Shown: positions 8,701-17,538 of the stretch, piece by piece | Layout: each line of letters starts with the position of its first letter | Numbering within the stretch: position 1 is the first letter of the stretch | Source of the DNA: Candidatus Fimimonas merdipullorum | Lineage (GTDB): Bacteria; Bacillota; Clostridia; Christensenellales; CAG-314 | Length of the DNA: 46,004 nt | Reading direction: 5' to 3' | Assembly: GCA_018713905.1 (NCBI GenBank) | Contig: DVOC01000093.1 | Span: 1 to 46,004 of the forward strand | Program-made: the position numbers and the translations under genes | The notes under the pieces: model-generated | Told to the model about the DNA's origin: nothing | Database searches by the model: none | Seen by the model: only the letters and a program-made list of their open reading frames with translations

Positions 8701-10761
8701 CGCATACAGCGTTTTGCCGTCGTCGGATGCGGTGATAACGGCTTCTGCCGCCACTACCGTTTCGTAGGTGTTTTCAAGATACCAGCCCTTGAAGTACCTG
8801 TTGCCGTCCACGGTGTAGGTGGGAAGCACGTCGCCGAAGGTGTAGCCTTCGCCCACGTAGATGTCGGTGGGATCGCCTTCCAAAACGCCGTTGAGAACGA
8901 TATGTATCTTGTTTGTCCACAATGCGTGAAGCGTCTCGCTCTGAGTGGGAACAAACTGCTCCTCGACGGGACGCACGTATTCGGCGTCGTAGTACCAGCC
9001 GGCAAATATCTTGGTGTCGTTGGTAAGGTCGGCAGGCAGCGCATAGGCAACGTTGACGTTGACTTCTACGCTTTGGGGAACTTGCTGATCGGGAACTACT
9101 CCGCCAAGGTCGAAGGTTATCGTCGCCATGGGCTTGACAGCCGTATAGGCGCCGTCAGCCAAGGTTACCTGATAGTAGCTGCCGTCAACGTACACGTCCA
9201 GCGTGTAGTCGGCGCCGACAGCCTTGACGTAGGTGCCCGTCTTGTCGCCCAGCGTGGCAATGCCGCTGCCGGAGATGACCAGATCGCCCAGTTCGCCGGT
9301 GTAGGTGCCGTGCAGACCGTCCGTCAACACGAGGTTGCCTTCGGCGTTTTCCACGAAGGTGGCGATTTCCTCACCGCCGTTATCCTTTACGGTGACCTGC
9401 GTGCAGGCGTACATATCCGCTGCGGAAACGTCCGCGGGAGTCGTGACTGCCGAAGCGCCCATATACAGAGTGCCTTCGTGAATGAATATGGTGCTGCTGA
9501 TTTCGCCGTCGTCGTAGGTGACTATGACGGAGTTGCCCCATTTGGATGCGCCGAAGTTGTCGGCGTCAAGGGGAGCGTCGGAGGGAACCGCCACGTGGAA
9601 GGAGGTGTAGCCGCTGCGAGGCATTACGAAAATGCCGGTAGCCATGTCCATCCACAACGTTTCCGTTTCGTAGGGGGTAGTTTCGTACTCGTCGCCCTCG
9701 GCAAGAGTTTGCAGCGAATAGTAGCCGCCTTCGTAGTCGCCCCAGCCCCATTCGTCGTCGGGATTTTCCGTTTCCACCTTTTCGTAGTAGTCCACTTTTA
9801 TTTCGCCCGTTGCGGGATCGACCAAGGTGTACACCGCTTTGTCGTTGGTGGAGAAGGGGTACGCGGTGTGATAGGAAACGCCGTTTTCGTCAATAGTGGC
9901 GTTGGCGTTGTGCCACGAGGTGCCTATGCGCAAGGTGCCGTAGGCAACGTCTTCGGTGTCGATATCCACCGTGTAGTAGGTCTTGTTTTCGTAGGGAGCG
10001 TGCAGTCTGTCGCCCACCGTCACCACCACCGTGCCGTACACGGAGGTATAGGTGTCCTTACGAGCATTTTCGTAGTCGGCGGGAGTGCTGGTCACGGACC
10101 ATACGGAGTCGGTAAGCACGGGTACTTCCGCCACGTCCTGATGGGTGCAGCCGTCGTTTTGGCAGGTGCGGGTGGCGGAGCCTACCGTTTCCGTTGTGGG
10201 TTCGGTAGTTATCTTCCAGCCGCCGTAGTTGTGCTCGGCAAGGGCAAGGGTTACGGTAACGTCGCCGTAAACGGAGGTGTACACCGTTTTGCCCGCCGTC
10301 GTGCAGGTGGAGGACGTGGTAGATTTTACCGTCCAGACGGAGGTGTCGCTCAAAGCAGCTACGGATTTTTCGGCAAGCCCGCCGCATTCGCATCTGCCAA
10401 GAAGCGTGCCTTCCGCTTCGAGAGTGGGCTCTTCGCTGATAGTCCACGTGAAAGAGTGCTGTCCTTTGGGAAGGACGATGGTCACCGTTCCGTATTCGGA
10501 GGTATAAACTATACTTCCGTCCTGTTCGTGCGTTGCGGGGTTTTCCGTCTTGCTCCATACGTCCGTATCGGACAGAGCGGGAAGCGCCACTTCTTCCGTT
10601 TCACCGCATGTGCAGGTGCGTTTTGCCGTGCCCGCGGTGGTTTCGGTAGGTTCGGCGGTGATTTGCCATTCGCCGAACTCGTGTTCGTGGCATGCCGTAG
10701 CGAACACAAGAACGAAAGCAAGGATGAAGGTCAACGCAAGTAACACAATTTTCTTTTTCAT
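5755..10761 (-). CDS. giant surface lipoprotein (1668 aa): three Cys/His-containing N-terminal repeats, then three copies of [unknown module + pair of Listeria-Bacteroides (Flg_new) repeats]
   Basis: I place the start at ATG 10761 (MKKKIVLL) with GGAGGAG 6 nt upstream, rather than the track start at 10791. The lipobox is VFATAC. There are six Flg_new-like motifs, for example IFAGWYYDAEY...TLHALW, YFKGWYLENTY...TLYALW, FVGWYTTEDY...IIYAKW and FGGWYKDSAF...TVYAKW. Confidence 0.88.
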   Translation of the reverse strand: MKKKIVLLALTFILAFVLVFATACHEHEFGEWQITAEPTETTAGTAKRTCTCGETEEVALPALSDTDVWSKTENPATHEQDGSIVYTSEYGTVTIVLPKGQHSFTWTISEEPTLEAEGTLLGRCECGGLAEKSVAALSDTSVWTVKSTTSSTCTTAGKTVYTSVYGDVTVTLALAEHNYGGWKITTEPTTETVGSATRTCQNDGCTHQDVAEVPVLTDSVWSVTSTPADYENARKDTYTSVYGTVVVTVGDRLHAPYENKTYYTVDIDTEDVAYGTLRIGTSWHNANATIDENGVSYHTAYPFSTNDKAVYTLVDPATGEIKVDYYEKVETENPDDEWGWGDYEGGYYSLQTLAEGDEYETTPYETETLWMDMATGIFVMPRSGYTSFHVAVPSDAPLDADNFGASKWGNSVIVTYDDGEISSTIFIHEGTLYMGASAVTTPADVSAADMYACTQVTVKDNGGEEIATFVENAEGNLVLTDGLHGTYTGELGDLVISGSGIATLGDKTGTYVKAVGADYTLDVYVDGSYYQVTLADGAYTAVKPMATITFDLGGVVPDQQVPQSVEVNVNVAYALPADLTNDTKIFAGWYYDAEYVRPVEEQFVPTQSETLHALWTNKIHIVLNGVLEGDPTDIYVGEGYTFGDVLPTYTVDGNRYFKGWYLENTYETVVAAEAVITASDDGKTLYALWTEIPAYVGEYHGSEMWGKSSGNSSHKSISIDEQGNITSSISSNSLDGAVVTRYEPDEQKVYYKQPDGTTEYCFYFDAETGIIAGIYSRNEIGNDFYLLSKAATEDNFKASVNYGIDAPKTPGGTVTGYYLRIVTLNTLLGERTIVMYDNRIYNDVTLKDTLGNVLGDLDAIKNSRTIVVINNDTNETVIALAGADGETLDGGDTVALDAYYGTYTGAEGDIVLDGTGSFVWGDKTGTYNYVGTDYTFELFVVAEGANVEYYRMTATDYTYTVTKPMVTISFTVVGSEGATDTIAQIEVNAKIAATLPDGNGYNTDYVFNGYFTNSECTAAIATPYITAESVTLYAKYSDPAVLTIVFKDGVTENATVRYSVGDVATVEIPVYAGYAFVGWYTTEDYQQGTEWTSGSVITTDTIIYAKWETAPIFNHHHYGLFYLGDREDDNDNPYGNNGADHRQGEFTFDPYGAYQVISSSGPWPFNNNPAQINNFDPEAGTMTITYGYSGGDTGEAYIDMETGFIVLNYMDVGADLDRMFLLVPGFTANAEYSNFADSFWNAGKTRTIAFTITEEDGTQKNYSLFIHENQVYFNVSFKTAETGGTDISADACYNSTLLYVLADDGSLIAKFAYDGNTMVEMDGSEGTYTNADGEGTIVLNGAGRVTIGENTYVITKVDGEEGPDGTYGVYTDTEYLEYTIDVDAKTYTVTKPMVHVTYNAGSYATVPAADVNKNFGIVLPVPECDTHIFRYWCTDADLNNPVELVDGKYIPTGDVTLFAKWDVKVNLTLDLGDGVTQVHGYGAGDALDISQYDPAHTNEKIFGGWYKDSAFSEEFTDETITDNITVYAKWIDAGTCTVTGDSTYAFVYDAESGWWKNNNQGKGNSSASVVIAAVDGPIIVKVTYWISSEANWDYLSSSTSGTVEGERIYTKGDNYTEEEAQTAEFLLQAGTTLTLTYSKDSSGNTGDDTAYLQIVVNGTAVTDYVPAA

Positions 10762-10789
10762 GTTGTTCTCCTCCTTGAAAAATTTCGGC

Positions 10790-10814
10790 AAAGCCCCCTG
10801 CTTGCGGGGGCTTT
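10790..10814 (-). terminator. intercistronic hairpin (possible attenuator) between the 1438-aa and 1668-aa genes
   Basis: AAAGCCCCC-N7-GGGGGCTTT forms a 9-bp stem. On the minus strand it is followed by GCCGAAATTTTT, so the T-run is not contiguous. It is probably leaky. Confidence 0.45.
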
Positions 10815-10836
10815 ACTCGGTTATTCCAGCAAAAAC

Positions 10837-13800
10837 TTACGCCTTGACAAAGGTAGTACCGACAGCGAAATACCCGATATCTTCGCTTGTCAAAGGTGTG
10901 CTTTCGCATGTAATACTCTCACATTGTACCACATTTGTGAGGTAAAAAGCAAATGTTTGACTGTTGATTTTTACTATTAATTTGTTGGAAGTGAGCTCGT
11001 AGGTGCCCGTTACCCCCGATTGACTTGCATACGAGGGATTATATGCCCCTTCGTCCTGCTCGTATTCCGAACAGACGGACACCGCCGTCACCGTGCCGTC
11101 GGCATTGAAGGTGAAGGAGGTGGTTGCGTTGTACATATACGCCGCTCCGCTGAAGGTGTGCTGCGCCGTGAAGGTTTTGCCTGCCACCAGCGTGGAGTAG
11201 TCTATGCTGAGACTGACGTAGGTTTTTGCCTGTACGTTTAGCGAATAGGCGTAGGCGTTGGTGGAGGTCGCCACCGTCACCGTGGTGCCGCTGACGTAGT
11301 AGACGCCGCTTTGACCGCCTATGGTGGCGGTGCCGAAGCCGTCCAGCACCAAATTTTCGCCCTCGCCCGAAGCGTCGGAGTAGGTTCCGCGCACGCTGTC
11401 CGCCACGGTAAGCCCGCTTGAAGCGCTGCCCCATTCGGCGCGCACTGCAAGCTGTTCGCCGTTTTGGCGGGTGACGATAAGTACGCTTGCGTCATTTTCG
11501 TCTGCGCTGACGTCCACTATCTCGCCAAGAGAGGTGGCGCTTACCGCATAGACGTACACGTCCACGCCGTTGGCGGAAATTTTGCGCAGCACGTGTCCCT
11601 GACAGCCCGCCGCCGTTTTGGTGCCGGTGGTAAAGTAGTCGAAGAAGGAAATTGCGCCGCTGCACTGCAAGGTGACTATGCCGTTTTCAATACGCTTGCC
11701 CTCTGCCGTCACCGCCGAACCGTCGGAGGCAAAGGCGCGCACGACAAATTGATCGCCGTTATAAAGCGCGTAGCCGCCGTACGTCACGCCGTTGGCGGAA
11801 ATTACCGCCCTGCCGTAGGCGTCCAGCGAAAAGCTGTAGCTGTCGTTTATTGCCCCCGTGCCGTAGGTAGCCACCAAGGGGTTGTCGGCGTAGTCGGGCG
11901 TTACCACCTGTACGGCGTAGTAGCTGAATTTGAGCGCGCCGTCCACCTGAATTGCCACGCGCAGCTGATACACGCCGGCATAGTTGACGTTGACGCAGGA
12001 CACGTCCACCACGTCTATGTTGGTAAGTCCCACGCGCCCCGCCACGGCGTCCTTCTGCTCGAAGGTGAGCTCGCCGTCCTTGGTGACGACGCTGACGGCG
12101 TTGAGAATGTCCGTCTTGCAGTTTGCGCCTGCGGCAAACACCGTTTCGTTGAGGCTGATGACCGCACCGTCGGTGATGACGCAGTTGACGAAGGTGGCGC
12201 TGCCCAGCACGTTGTTGTGACTGCGGCGGGCAGTAAGCACGTTTTTGAGGTCGGCAAGGGTGAATTGGGCGGAGTCGCCGTAGGCAAAGTCGTAGCTCGG
12301 ATTGATGAAGGTGACAGTCACCGTCTGCCCGTTTACCGTGTAGGCAAAGGGATGCGTGGCGTAGCTTTTAGTATCGAAGCTTGCCTCGCCCGTGCCGTAG
12401 CCGTCCAGAAACAGGAACATATTGTCCCTTTCGTACAAGCCGAACAGTCCGTCCTGCGGCAGCAGGGCAAAGGTTCTGGCGGCGAAGTCTATGCTGAACT
12501 TGTAGGAATACAGCCCTTCGGACTTTGTGTAGGAATACACGAACAGTATGCCGTCGTCGTGCAGCACGCCGCCGTTGTTCATGCCGTTGTAGTCGTAGCT
12601 GCCCAAAGAAACTACGGTTTGCTCCCCTATTTTGTAGGTGACGCCCTCGTTGTTGTCGAATTGCAGCGTGGCGGCTTTGCCGTCCACCGTGCCGTGCAGC
12701 ACGGCGTTAGTCCACACCTTTTCCTCCGACTGACGCTGAATTTTTCCCTTCCGGTCGGTGGAAAGCAGGAATTTTTCCGTTACGCCGTTCATGGTAAGGG
12801 AAGCTTCCACCCCTGCTGCCGGCACAAAGCCGTCGGGCAGAGTTGCCTCGCCCCACGTCACCTCGTAGACGGTGTCGGAGGAGGTTTTGCCCACCAGCGC
12901 CGTGCGCAAGCCGTACCACGACCTTTCGCCCGTGGCTTTGCTTTCGACGTTGAACAGGTCGTAGGAATAGGTCACGTAGTCCAGCTGCAAAACGTGCAGA
13001 TCGCTGTAATTGACGGCGACGTATCTGCCCACCGTCCACACGTCCTCGCGGAAATAGATGAAGGGACGCATGTATTCGTTGTAGGACATTTTGACGTCGT
13101 TATCGGGAATGAGCACCGCTATGCCGTTTTGGCTGTACAGCGTAAAGCCGTAGTTGCCTATCAAAACCTTTATCTGCTGCGGAGAAGATGCCGAAACGAA
13201 GCGCGCCTGCCTGCCGTTGACGGTTATGCTGCCGTCGGAGCCTATCACCATGTCGCCCAACACCTTGCCGGGCACGGCTTCGGTGATATATCCGTCGTTA
13301 TCCTCTTCCTCTTCCTGCGGTATGGTGGTTTGCAGCGTCTTGTAGGTGCCCGCAAGCAGGGGATCCAGCACCACCACCGTGGCGGTTGCCGTAACGCCCT
13401 TGTATTGCGCCGTTATTTCGTATACGCCCGCCTTGAACACGTCCACCTTGCCGCTGACCATATCGTAGGTGACGGGAATTTCCTCGCCCCCTTCCGTTAT
13501 GGTGAACAAATCGGTAGTGTAGATGGTTTCGTTGCCGAAGGACACCCTGTCGGTGGCGGTTATCACCACGTCGGTGACCACTTCGACGTAGTAGCTTACC
13601 GTAACGGGGCTACCCAATTCGTCGTCGGGGGACATACAGTCTACGTACACTTCCACTTCCACAAGCTGTCTGCCCGCCTTGGTGAGATCAACTTCGGGGG
13701 AAACAAGCCTTCCGTAGCAGTAGAGGGCGTTTACCCATTGCAGATTGTCGCCCACCTGATTAGTCATGCCGTTGCGGGAAAGCAGTATGTTGGAAAACAC

Positions 13801-15153
13801 GTTGAAGCTGCCGGCGTCGGCATACACCTCTACCACAGGCTGCGCCACGGAAAGAGAGTATTCCGTTTCCACCACGCGGTAGGTGATTGTCTTTTCCTCG
13901 TAGGTGAAGGTGGGAGCGGAGGTGCCGAACTGCGTGTTGCTGTAGGGCACGGAAAGCTTTGCCTCGTATTCGCCCGCCTGCGAGAAGTCCACTTGGGAAA
14001 CGTCCACGTACTGACCGATATTGCGCAGACGTATGCCGTTTACCATGACCACAAAGTCGTCGGCAAAGGAGTAGAGCGCCTTGTCCGTACCCTTTTTGAC
14101 GGTGACGACGCTGGCGGAGGCGTAGTTGATGATGACGCCGCGCACCACTTCCACCGTGGCGGTGTACTGCTGTCCGTCGTAGGTAAGCGTGATGACGTTT
14201 TCCCCCTCGGCGGAGTAGTTTATTACGCCGCTTATCATATCGGAAGTCACGGGAACGCGCTCGTCGCCTTTGGTTATTTCAAATAGCGTGGTAAGGTCGA
14301 TGTATTCGCCGTTGGGATAGGTGACAACGTTGCGAGTAGTCACCTGCGCGACGGCTTCCGCCACCACCTTTATCGTAGTTTCGGCGCTGCACGAGGAAGC
14401 CCCCTCGGCGTAGGAAAAGGTGACCGTATAGCTGCCCCCTTCCTGCGCGTTTTGCAGCTGACCGACGTCTATCATATCCTCCGTCACCGGTACGGCTGTG
14501 CCGTCCACGTACAGCGAGAACAGATTCGTTACGTCGTAGGAGGCAAGCTGCTCCAACGTGAGGGACAGGGTGGAATAGGAAGCCACCGCAAGCATTTCGT
14601 GCGCGTCCGTCACCACCACTTGCAGCGTAGCCGAAGCGTTGCCCAGCGTCACCGTGTAGGTGTAGTTGCCCACGGCGGCGACGACGTTGCTGTTTACCAT
14701 GTCGTCGGTGATAGTCACGGCTTTGCCGTCCTTGGTGACGACAAACAGCGCGTTGTAGTCGTAGTCCTCCGCAAGGCTTACGTTGACGGTGACGGAAGGA
14801 CTCAAAAGAGTGACGGAGTACTGCGTGTGCGTTACCGTCACGGTGACTTGCGCCGTTTTGCCTTCGTAGGTGCATTTGACCGTGAAGGAGTCTGCCGAGG
14901 CGGACACCTGCGACAGATCCAGCATGGATTTTTGCACCGTTACCGCCTGCCCGTCCTTGGTGACGGTAAACAGCGCGGTATAGTCGTAGTTTGTCACTTG
15001 GCTTTCGTGCAGCTGCACGGTCGTTTCTGTTGCCGTAACCACTATATCACTAGGAGTAACGGGATGCGATGGATCGCATCCCGTCAGGGTTCCCGTGAAA
15101 AGCGCAACGATCATCAGCACTGCCAATATGACGGAAAATGCCGATTTCTTCAT
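10837..15153 (-). CDS. surface lipoprotein (1438 aa) with five or more N-terminal ~95-aa Ig-like tandem repeats
   Basis: The lipobox is GTLTGC and the RBS is AGGAGAA. A motif recurs as YDYTALFTVTKDGQAVTVQKSML, YDYNALFVVTKDGKAVTITDDMV, YDVTNLFSLYVDGTAVPVTEDMI, IDLTTLFEITKGDERVPVTSDMI and TDLFTITEGGEEIPVTYDMV. The remainder was not recognised. Confidence 0.85.
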   Translation of the reverse strand: MKKSAFSVILAVLMIVALFTGTLTGCDPSHPVTPSDIVVTATETTVQLHESQVTNYDYTALFTVTKDGQAVTVQKSMLDLSQVSASADSFTVKCTYEGKTAQVTVTVTHTQYSVTLLSPSVTVNVSLAEDYDYNALFVVTKDGKAVTITDDMVNSNVVAAVGNYTYTVTLGNASATLQVVVTDAHEMLAVASYSTLSLTLEQLASYDVTNLFSLYVDGTAVPVTEDMIDVGQLQNAQEGGSYTVTFSYAEGASSCSAETTIKVVAEAVAQVTTRNVVTYPNGEYIDLTTLFEITKGDERVPVTSDMISGVINYSAEGENVITLTYDGQQYTATVEVVRGVIINYASASVVTVKKGTDKALYSFADDFVVMVNGIRLRNIGQYVDVSQVDFSQAGEYEAKLSVPYSNTQFGTSAPTFTYEEKTITYRVVETEYSLSVAQPVVEVYADAGSFNVFSNILLSRNGMTNQVGDNLQWVNALYCYGRLVSPEVDLTKAGRQLVEVEVYVDCMSPDDELGSPVTVSYYVEVVTDVVITATDRVSFGNETIYTTDLFTITEGGEEIPVTYDMVSGKVDVFKAGVYEITAQYKGVTATATVVVLDPLLAGTYKTLQTTIPQEEEEDNDGYITEAVPGKVLGDMVIGSDGSITVNGRQARFVSASSPQQIKVLIGNYGFTLYSQNGIAVLIPDNDVKMSYNEYMRPFIYFREDVWTVGRYVAVNYSDLHVLQLDYVTYSYDLFNVESKATGERSWYGLRTALVGKTSSDTVYEVTWGEATLPDGFVPAAGVEASLTMNGVTEKFLLSTDRKGKIQRQSEEKVWTNAVLHGTVDGKAATLQFDNNEGVTYKIGEQTVVSLGSYDYNGMNNGGVLHDDGILFVYSYTKSEGLYSYKFSIDFAARTFALLPQDGLFGLYERDNMFLFLDGYGTGEASFDTKSYATHPFAYTVNGQTVTVTFINPSYDFAYGDSAQFTLADLKNVLTARRSHNNVLGSATFVNCVITDGAVISLNETVFAAGANCKTDILNAVSVVTKDGELTFEQKDAVAGRVGLTNIDVVDVSCVNVNYAGVYQLRVAIQVDGALKFSYYAVQVVTPDYADNPLVATYGTGAINDSYSFSLDAYGRAVISANGVTYGGYALYNGDQFVVRAFASDGSAVTAEGKRIENGIVTLQCSGAISFFDYFTTGTKTAAGCQGHVLRKISANGVDVYVYAVSATSLGEIVDVSADENDASVLIVTRQNGEQLAVRAEWGSASSGLTVADSVRGTYSDASGEGENLVLDGFGTATIGGQSGVYYVSGTTVTVATSTNAYAYSLNVQAKTYVSLSIDYSTLVAGKTFTAQHTFSGAAYMYNATTSFTFNADGTVTAVSVCSEYEQDEGAYNPSYASQSGVTGTYELTSNKLIVKINSQTFAFYLTNVVQCESITCESTPLTSEDIGYFAVGTTFVKA

Positions 15154-15172
15154 TGTTGCTTCTCCTGTTTAA

Positions 15173-17518
15173 TTATCTGTTCAGAATGAAGTCTCCCGCA
15201 TTGAGTATGTCAATGTAGAAGTAGCTGGTACCGGTGTTTTCCACCTTGATCTGAATGCCCAGTTCCGCATTTACAAAGCTTTCCACCTTGTCGCGGTTGT
15301 TAGTGGTATCGGTGTTGGCGGCATCGCGCGTAAAGCCGAGTTTGCCAAGCTCCGCAGCCAGTTCGCTCATGTAGGCGTCGTAGGTTTCCCTGCTTATCTG
15401 CATGTTTTCGTCGTAGTCGTACACCTGAATATTGATGGAAACGTACTTTTTCCACACGACGTTGCCTTCGCCGTCGTTGCTCTTTTCGGTGTAGTTATAG
15501 AACGGGCCGGAAACGTTGTCGCCGAATACGTTGAAGAATACGGTGAACTGCGGGAAGTTGGGGCTGTCGTACTTGGTGCCGAATGCGTCCTTGAAAGCCA
15601 CGTCGGAAGGAGCCTCATAGCTGGTGTCAGACGAGCAGTCGGGGCTGTAGTACTTGGTCTGGGTGTCCGCCCAAGAGGTGGGCACCTTGCGTTCTACGTA
15701 GTTGTCGAACAGACCTTCCATAGGCATGGTAGCAGTGCCGACATCGGAGTAGCTGGTGGTAACGTAGCCCACGTACAGGCCGTCAACCAGCGAGTAGGGG
15801 TATTTTACCTGCACTATGCCGTCTTCCGTAGCGGAGATGGTGAAGTTGGACTGCACCGACTGAACGGAGTCTTCGGCATTGTAGATGCCCAATTCCATTG
15901 CCACGTCGCGGGAAATTCTGTTTTCCTGCAGCACGTAGTTGTACACCGTCTTTCCGCCGGAGGTGGAGGTGCCGGTGAAGGTGAACAGGTTTGCAGAAAC
16001 CTGGAAGCCGGGCAGCGCGTCGGAGATGACGCCCTCTACGCGCTTGGTTCCCACGTACGCCTGATCGGCGGAACTGTATGCGAACTCGTCGTAGTAGGTG
16101 CCGTCTATCTGCTTGTATCCGTAGTACTCAAGGTGATACAGCTTGTTGTCCATTGCGTAGTCGTACTTGCCCGTTTCGCACAGCAGCACGGTGTCGGCGG
16201 TAACCCAGCCCTGCAGACCTACCGTTCCCGTAGAGGAAGTGGTATTTCCAAGGACAGCGTTTTTCCTTGTCGAAGCGGAAGCTATTTCGTAGTCGCCCGC
16301 GTCGCCGCTGGGTGCGCTTTGCTGAGTGTCCACCGAGTGGAACACGTAGCTGTCCGCTTCCGCCATCTTGGCAAGAGCGTCAGCCAGAATTTCGGTGTTT
16401 TCGCCCGCTTCGTAGGGTGCGGGAGTGGGAACCGTCGTCGTGCCAACGTCGGAGAAGGTGATCTGTACCGTCGTGTAGATGGTATAGTCGGGATCTTTCA
16501 TTCCTTCGGGATAGGACAGCGCAGCCGTCTGCGCCACCATGCCGGTGACAACGCCGTTTTCAACGGTGAGATACAGGCTGTCGAAGGTATCCTCCATCAT
16601 CGGGGTGAGAGAGTACACCAGATAGGTGAGCAGATACAAATCGTCCATAGAGGTTTTGTCGTAGTCGTAGCGATACACCTCGTTTTCGGCGTCGTAGCTG
16701 AACTTGTTGATGTTGAGCTGTCCGAGATGGTTCCAGTAGTGCTGGCTTTCCCACGTGATGGCGTCGCTGAGGTAGTCCGTCACCTGCTTGGAGTCAAGCT
16801 GGTTGTCCTTGTTGATGAACACCGATTCCAAAGCGTGTCCGGCGGAGCTGCCGCTGCCCACTACGTCGCCCTTTACGTACAAGTCGCTTATGACGTCGGC
16901 GGAGCCCTGAGCGTTCCATTCGCCGTACCACTGACCATCACCCATTTTTACCGTCATGTCGTAGGCAGTGTTGGAGCTGTTGAAGGGTTGATTGTGGTCT
17001 ATGTAGTAGTCGGTAACTACGCCCGTTGCCGTAATGCTGGAATTGCCCAGCGCCACCAGCATGTCGGAGGTAAGCTCGCCTACCTGTCCTTCCTGCACGG
17101 GGGCTTTTATCGTAATAGGCAAAGAAGCCGTCGCGTTTTTGTCCGCAGTCGCCGTCACCGTGATGACCACGAACTTATCCAACGTCATTTCGGGGTTGAC
17201 AACGGAGATAACTCCGTTAGAGAGGGTAACTACGCCCTCTTCGCTGTAAGAAACGGTGTACGTTTTGTCTTCGGCGTTTTCCACCGTGACAGTCACGGGC
17301 AGCGTTTCGTCATAGTTGATGGTGTCTTTTTCCGCGGTGATGCTGATAGTTACCGGTTTGGGCATATCCACGCCGCAGACGTCGCACTTCCCGTCGCCGT
17401 CAAGGTCTACGTGCGTTGTGCATTTTTCGTCGGGATCGCAAGCCGCGAACACCAGCACAAGCACCATACACAAAGCGAGTATAAGCGCGATACTTCTTTT
17501 TGCACTGTTTGTTTTCAT
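15173..17518 (-). CDS. lipoprotein of unknown function (781 aa), paralog of the 769-aa neighbour
   Basis: The lipobox is LVFAAC and the RBS is AAGGAGA. CDPDEKCTTHVDLDGDGKCDVCG follows directly after the lipid-anchor Cys. An Ig-like N-terminal domain is present. The C-terminal ~550 aa aligns by eye with the next gene (VERKVPTSW / EVRQIPTSW). Confidence 0.85.
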   Translation of the reverse strand: MKTNSAKRSIALILALCMVLVLVFAACDPDEKCTTHVDLDGDGKCDVCGVDMPKPVTISITAEKDTINYDETLPVTVTVENAEDKTYTVSYSEEGVVTLSNGVISVVNPEMTLDKFVVITVTATADKNATASLPITIKAPVQEGQVGELTSDMLVALGNSSITATGVVTDYYIDHNQPFNSSNTAYDMTVKMGDGQWYGEWNAQGSADVISDLYVKGDVVGSGSSAGHALESVFINKDNQLDSKQVTDYLSDAITWESQHYWNHLGQLNINKFSYDAENEVYRYDYDKTSMDDLYLLTYLVYSLTPMMEDTFDSLYLTVENGVVTGMVAQTAALSYPEGMKDPDYTIYTTVQITFSDVGTTTVPTPAPYEAGENTEILADALAKMAEADSYVFHSVDTQQSAPSGDAGDYEIASASTRKNAVLGNTTSSTGTVGLQGWVTADTVLLCETGKYDYAMDNKLYHLEYYGYKQIDGTYYDEFAYSSADQAYVGTKRVEGVISDALPGFQVSANLFTFTGTSTSGGKTVYNYVLQENRISRDVAMELGIYNAEDSVQSVQSNFTISATEDGIVQVKYPYSLVDGLYVGYVTTSYSDVGTATMPMEGLFDNYVERKVPTSWADTQTKYYSPDCSSDTSYEAPSDVAFKDAFGTKYDSPNFPQFTVFFNVFGDNVSGPFYNYTEKSNDGEGNVVWKKYVSINIQVYDYDENMQISRETYDAYMSELAAELGKLGFTRDAANTDTTNNRDKVESFVNAELGIQIKVENTGTSYFYIDILNAGDFILNR

Positions 17519-17538
17519 TTTTTTTCTCCTTTGGTTTT

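Noticed and set aside
10762-10791. Longer N-terminal extensions offered by the ORF track: MPKFFKEENN at 10791, MWETDC at 30698, MQPWTENCD at 41526, MHLTTTIIICK at 44139 and MPSKSRK at 28215.
   Set aside because: In each case an internal ATG has a proper SD and gives a canonical N-terminus, such as a signal peptide or family-typical start. The longer form would overlap the upstream gene, a terminator or a promoter.
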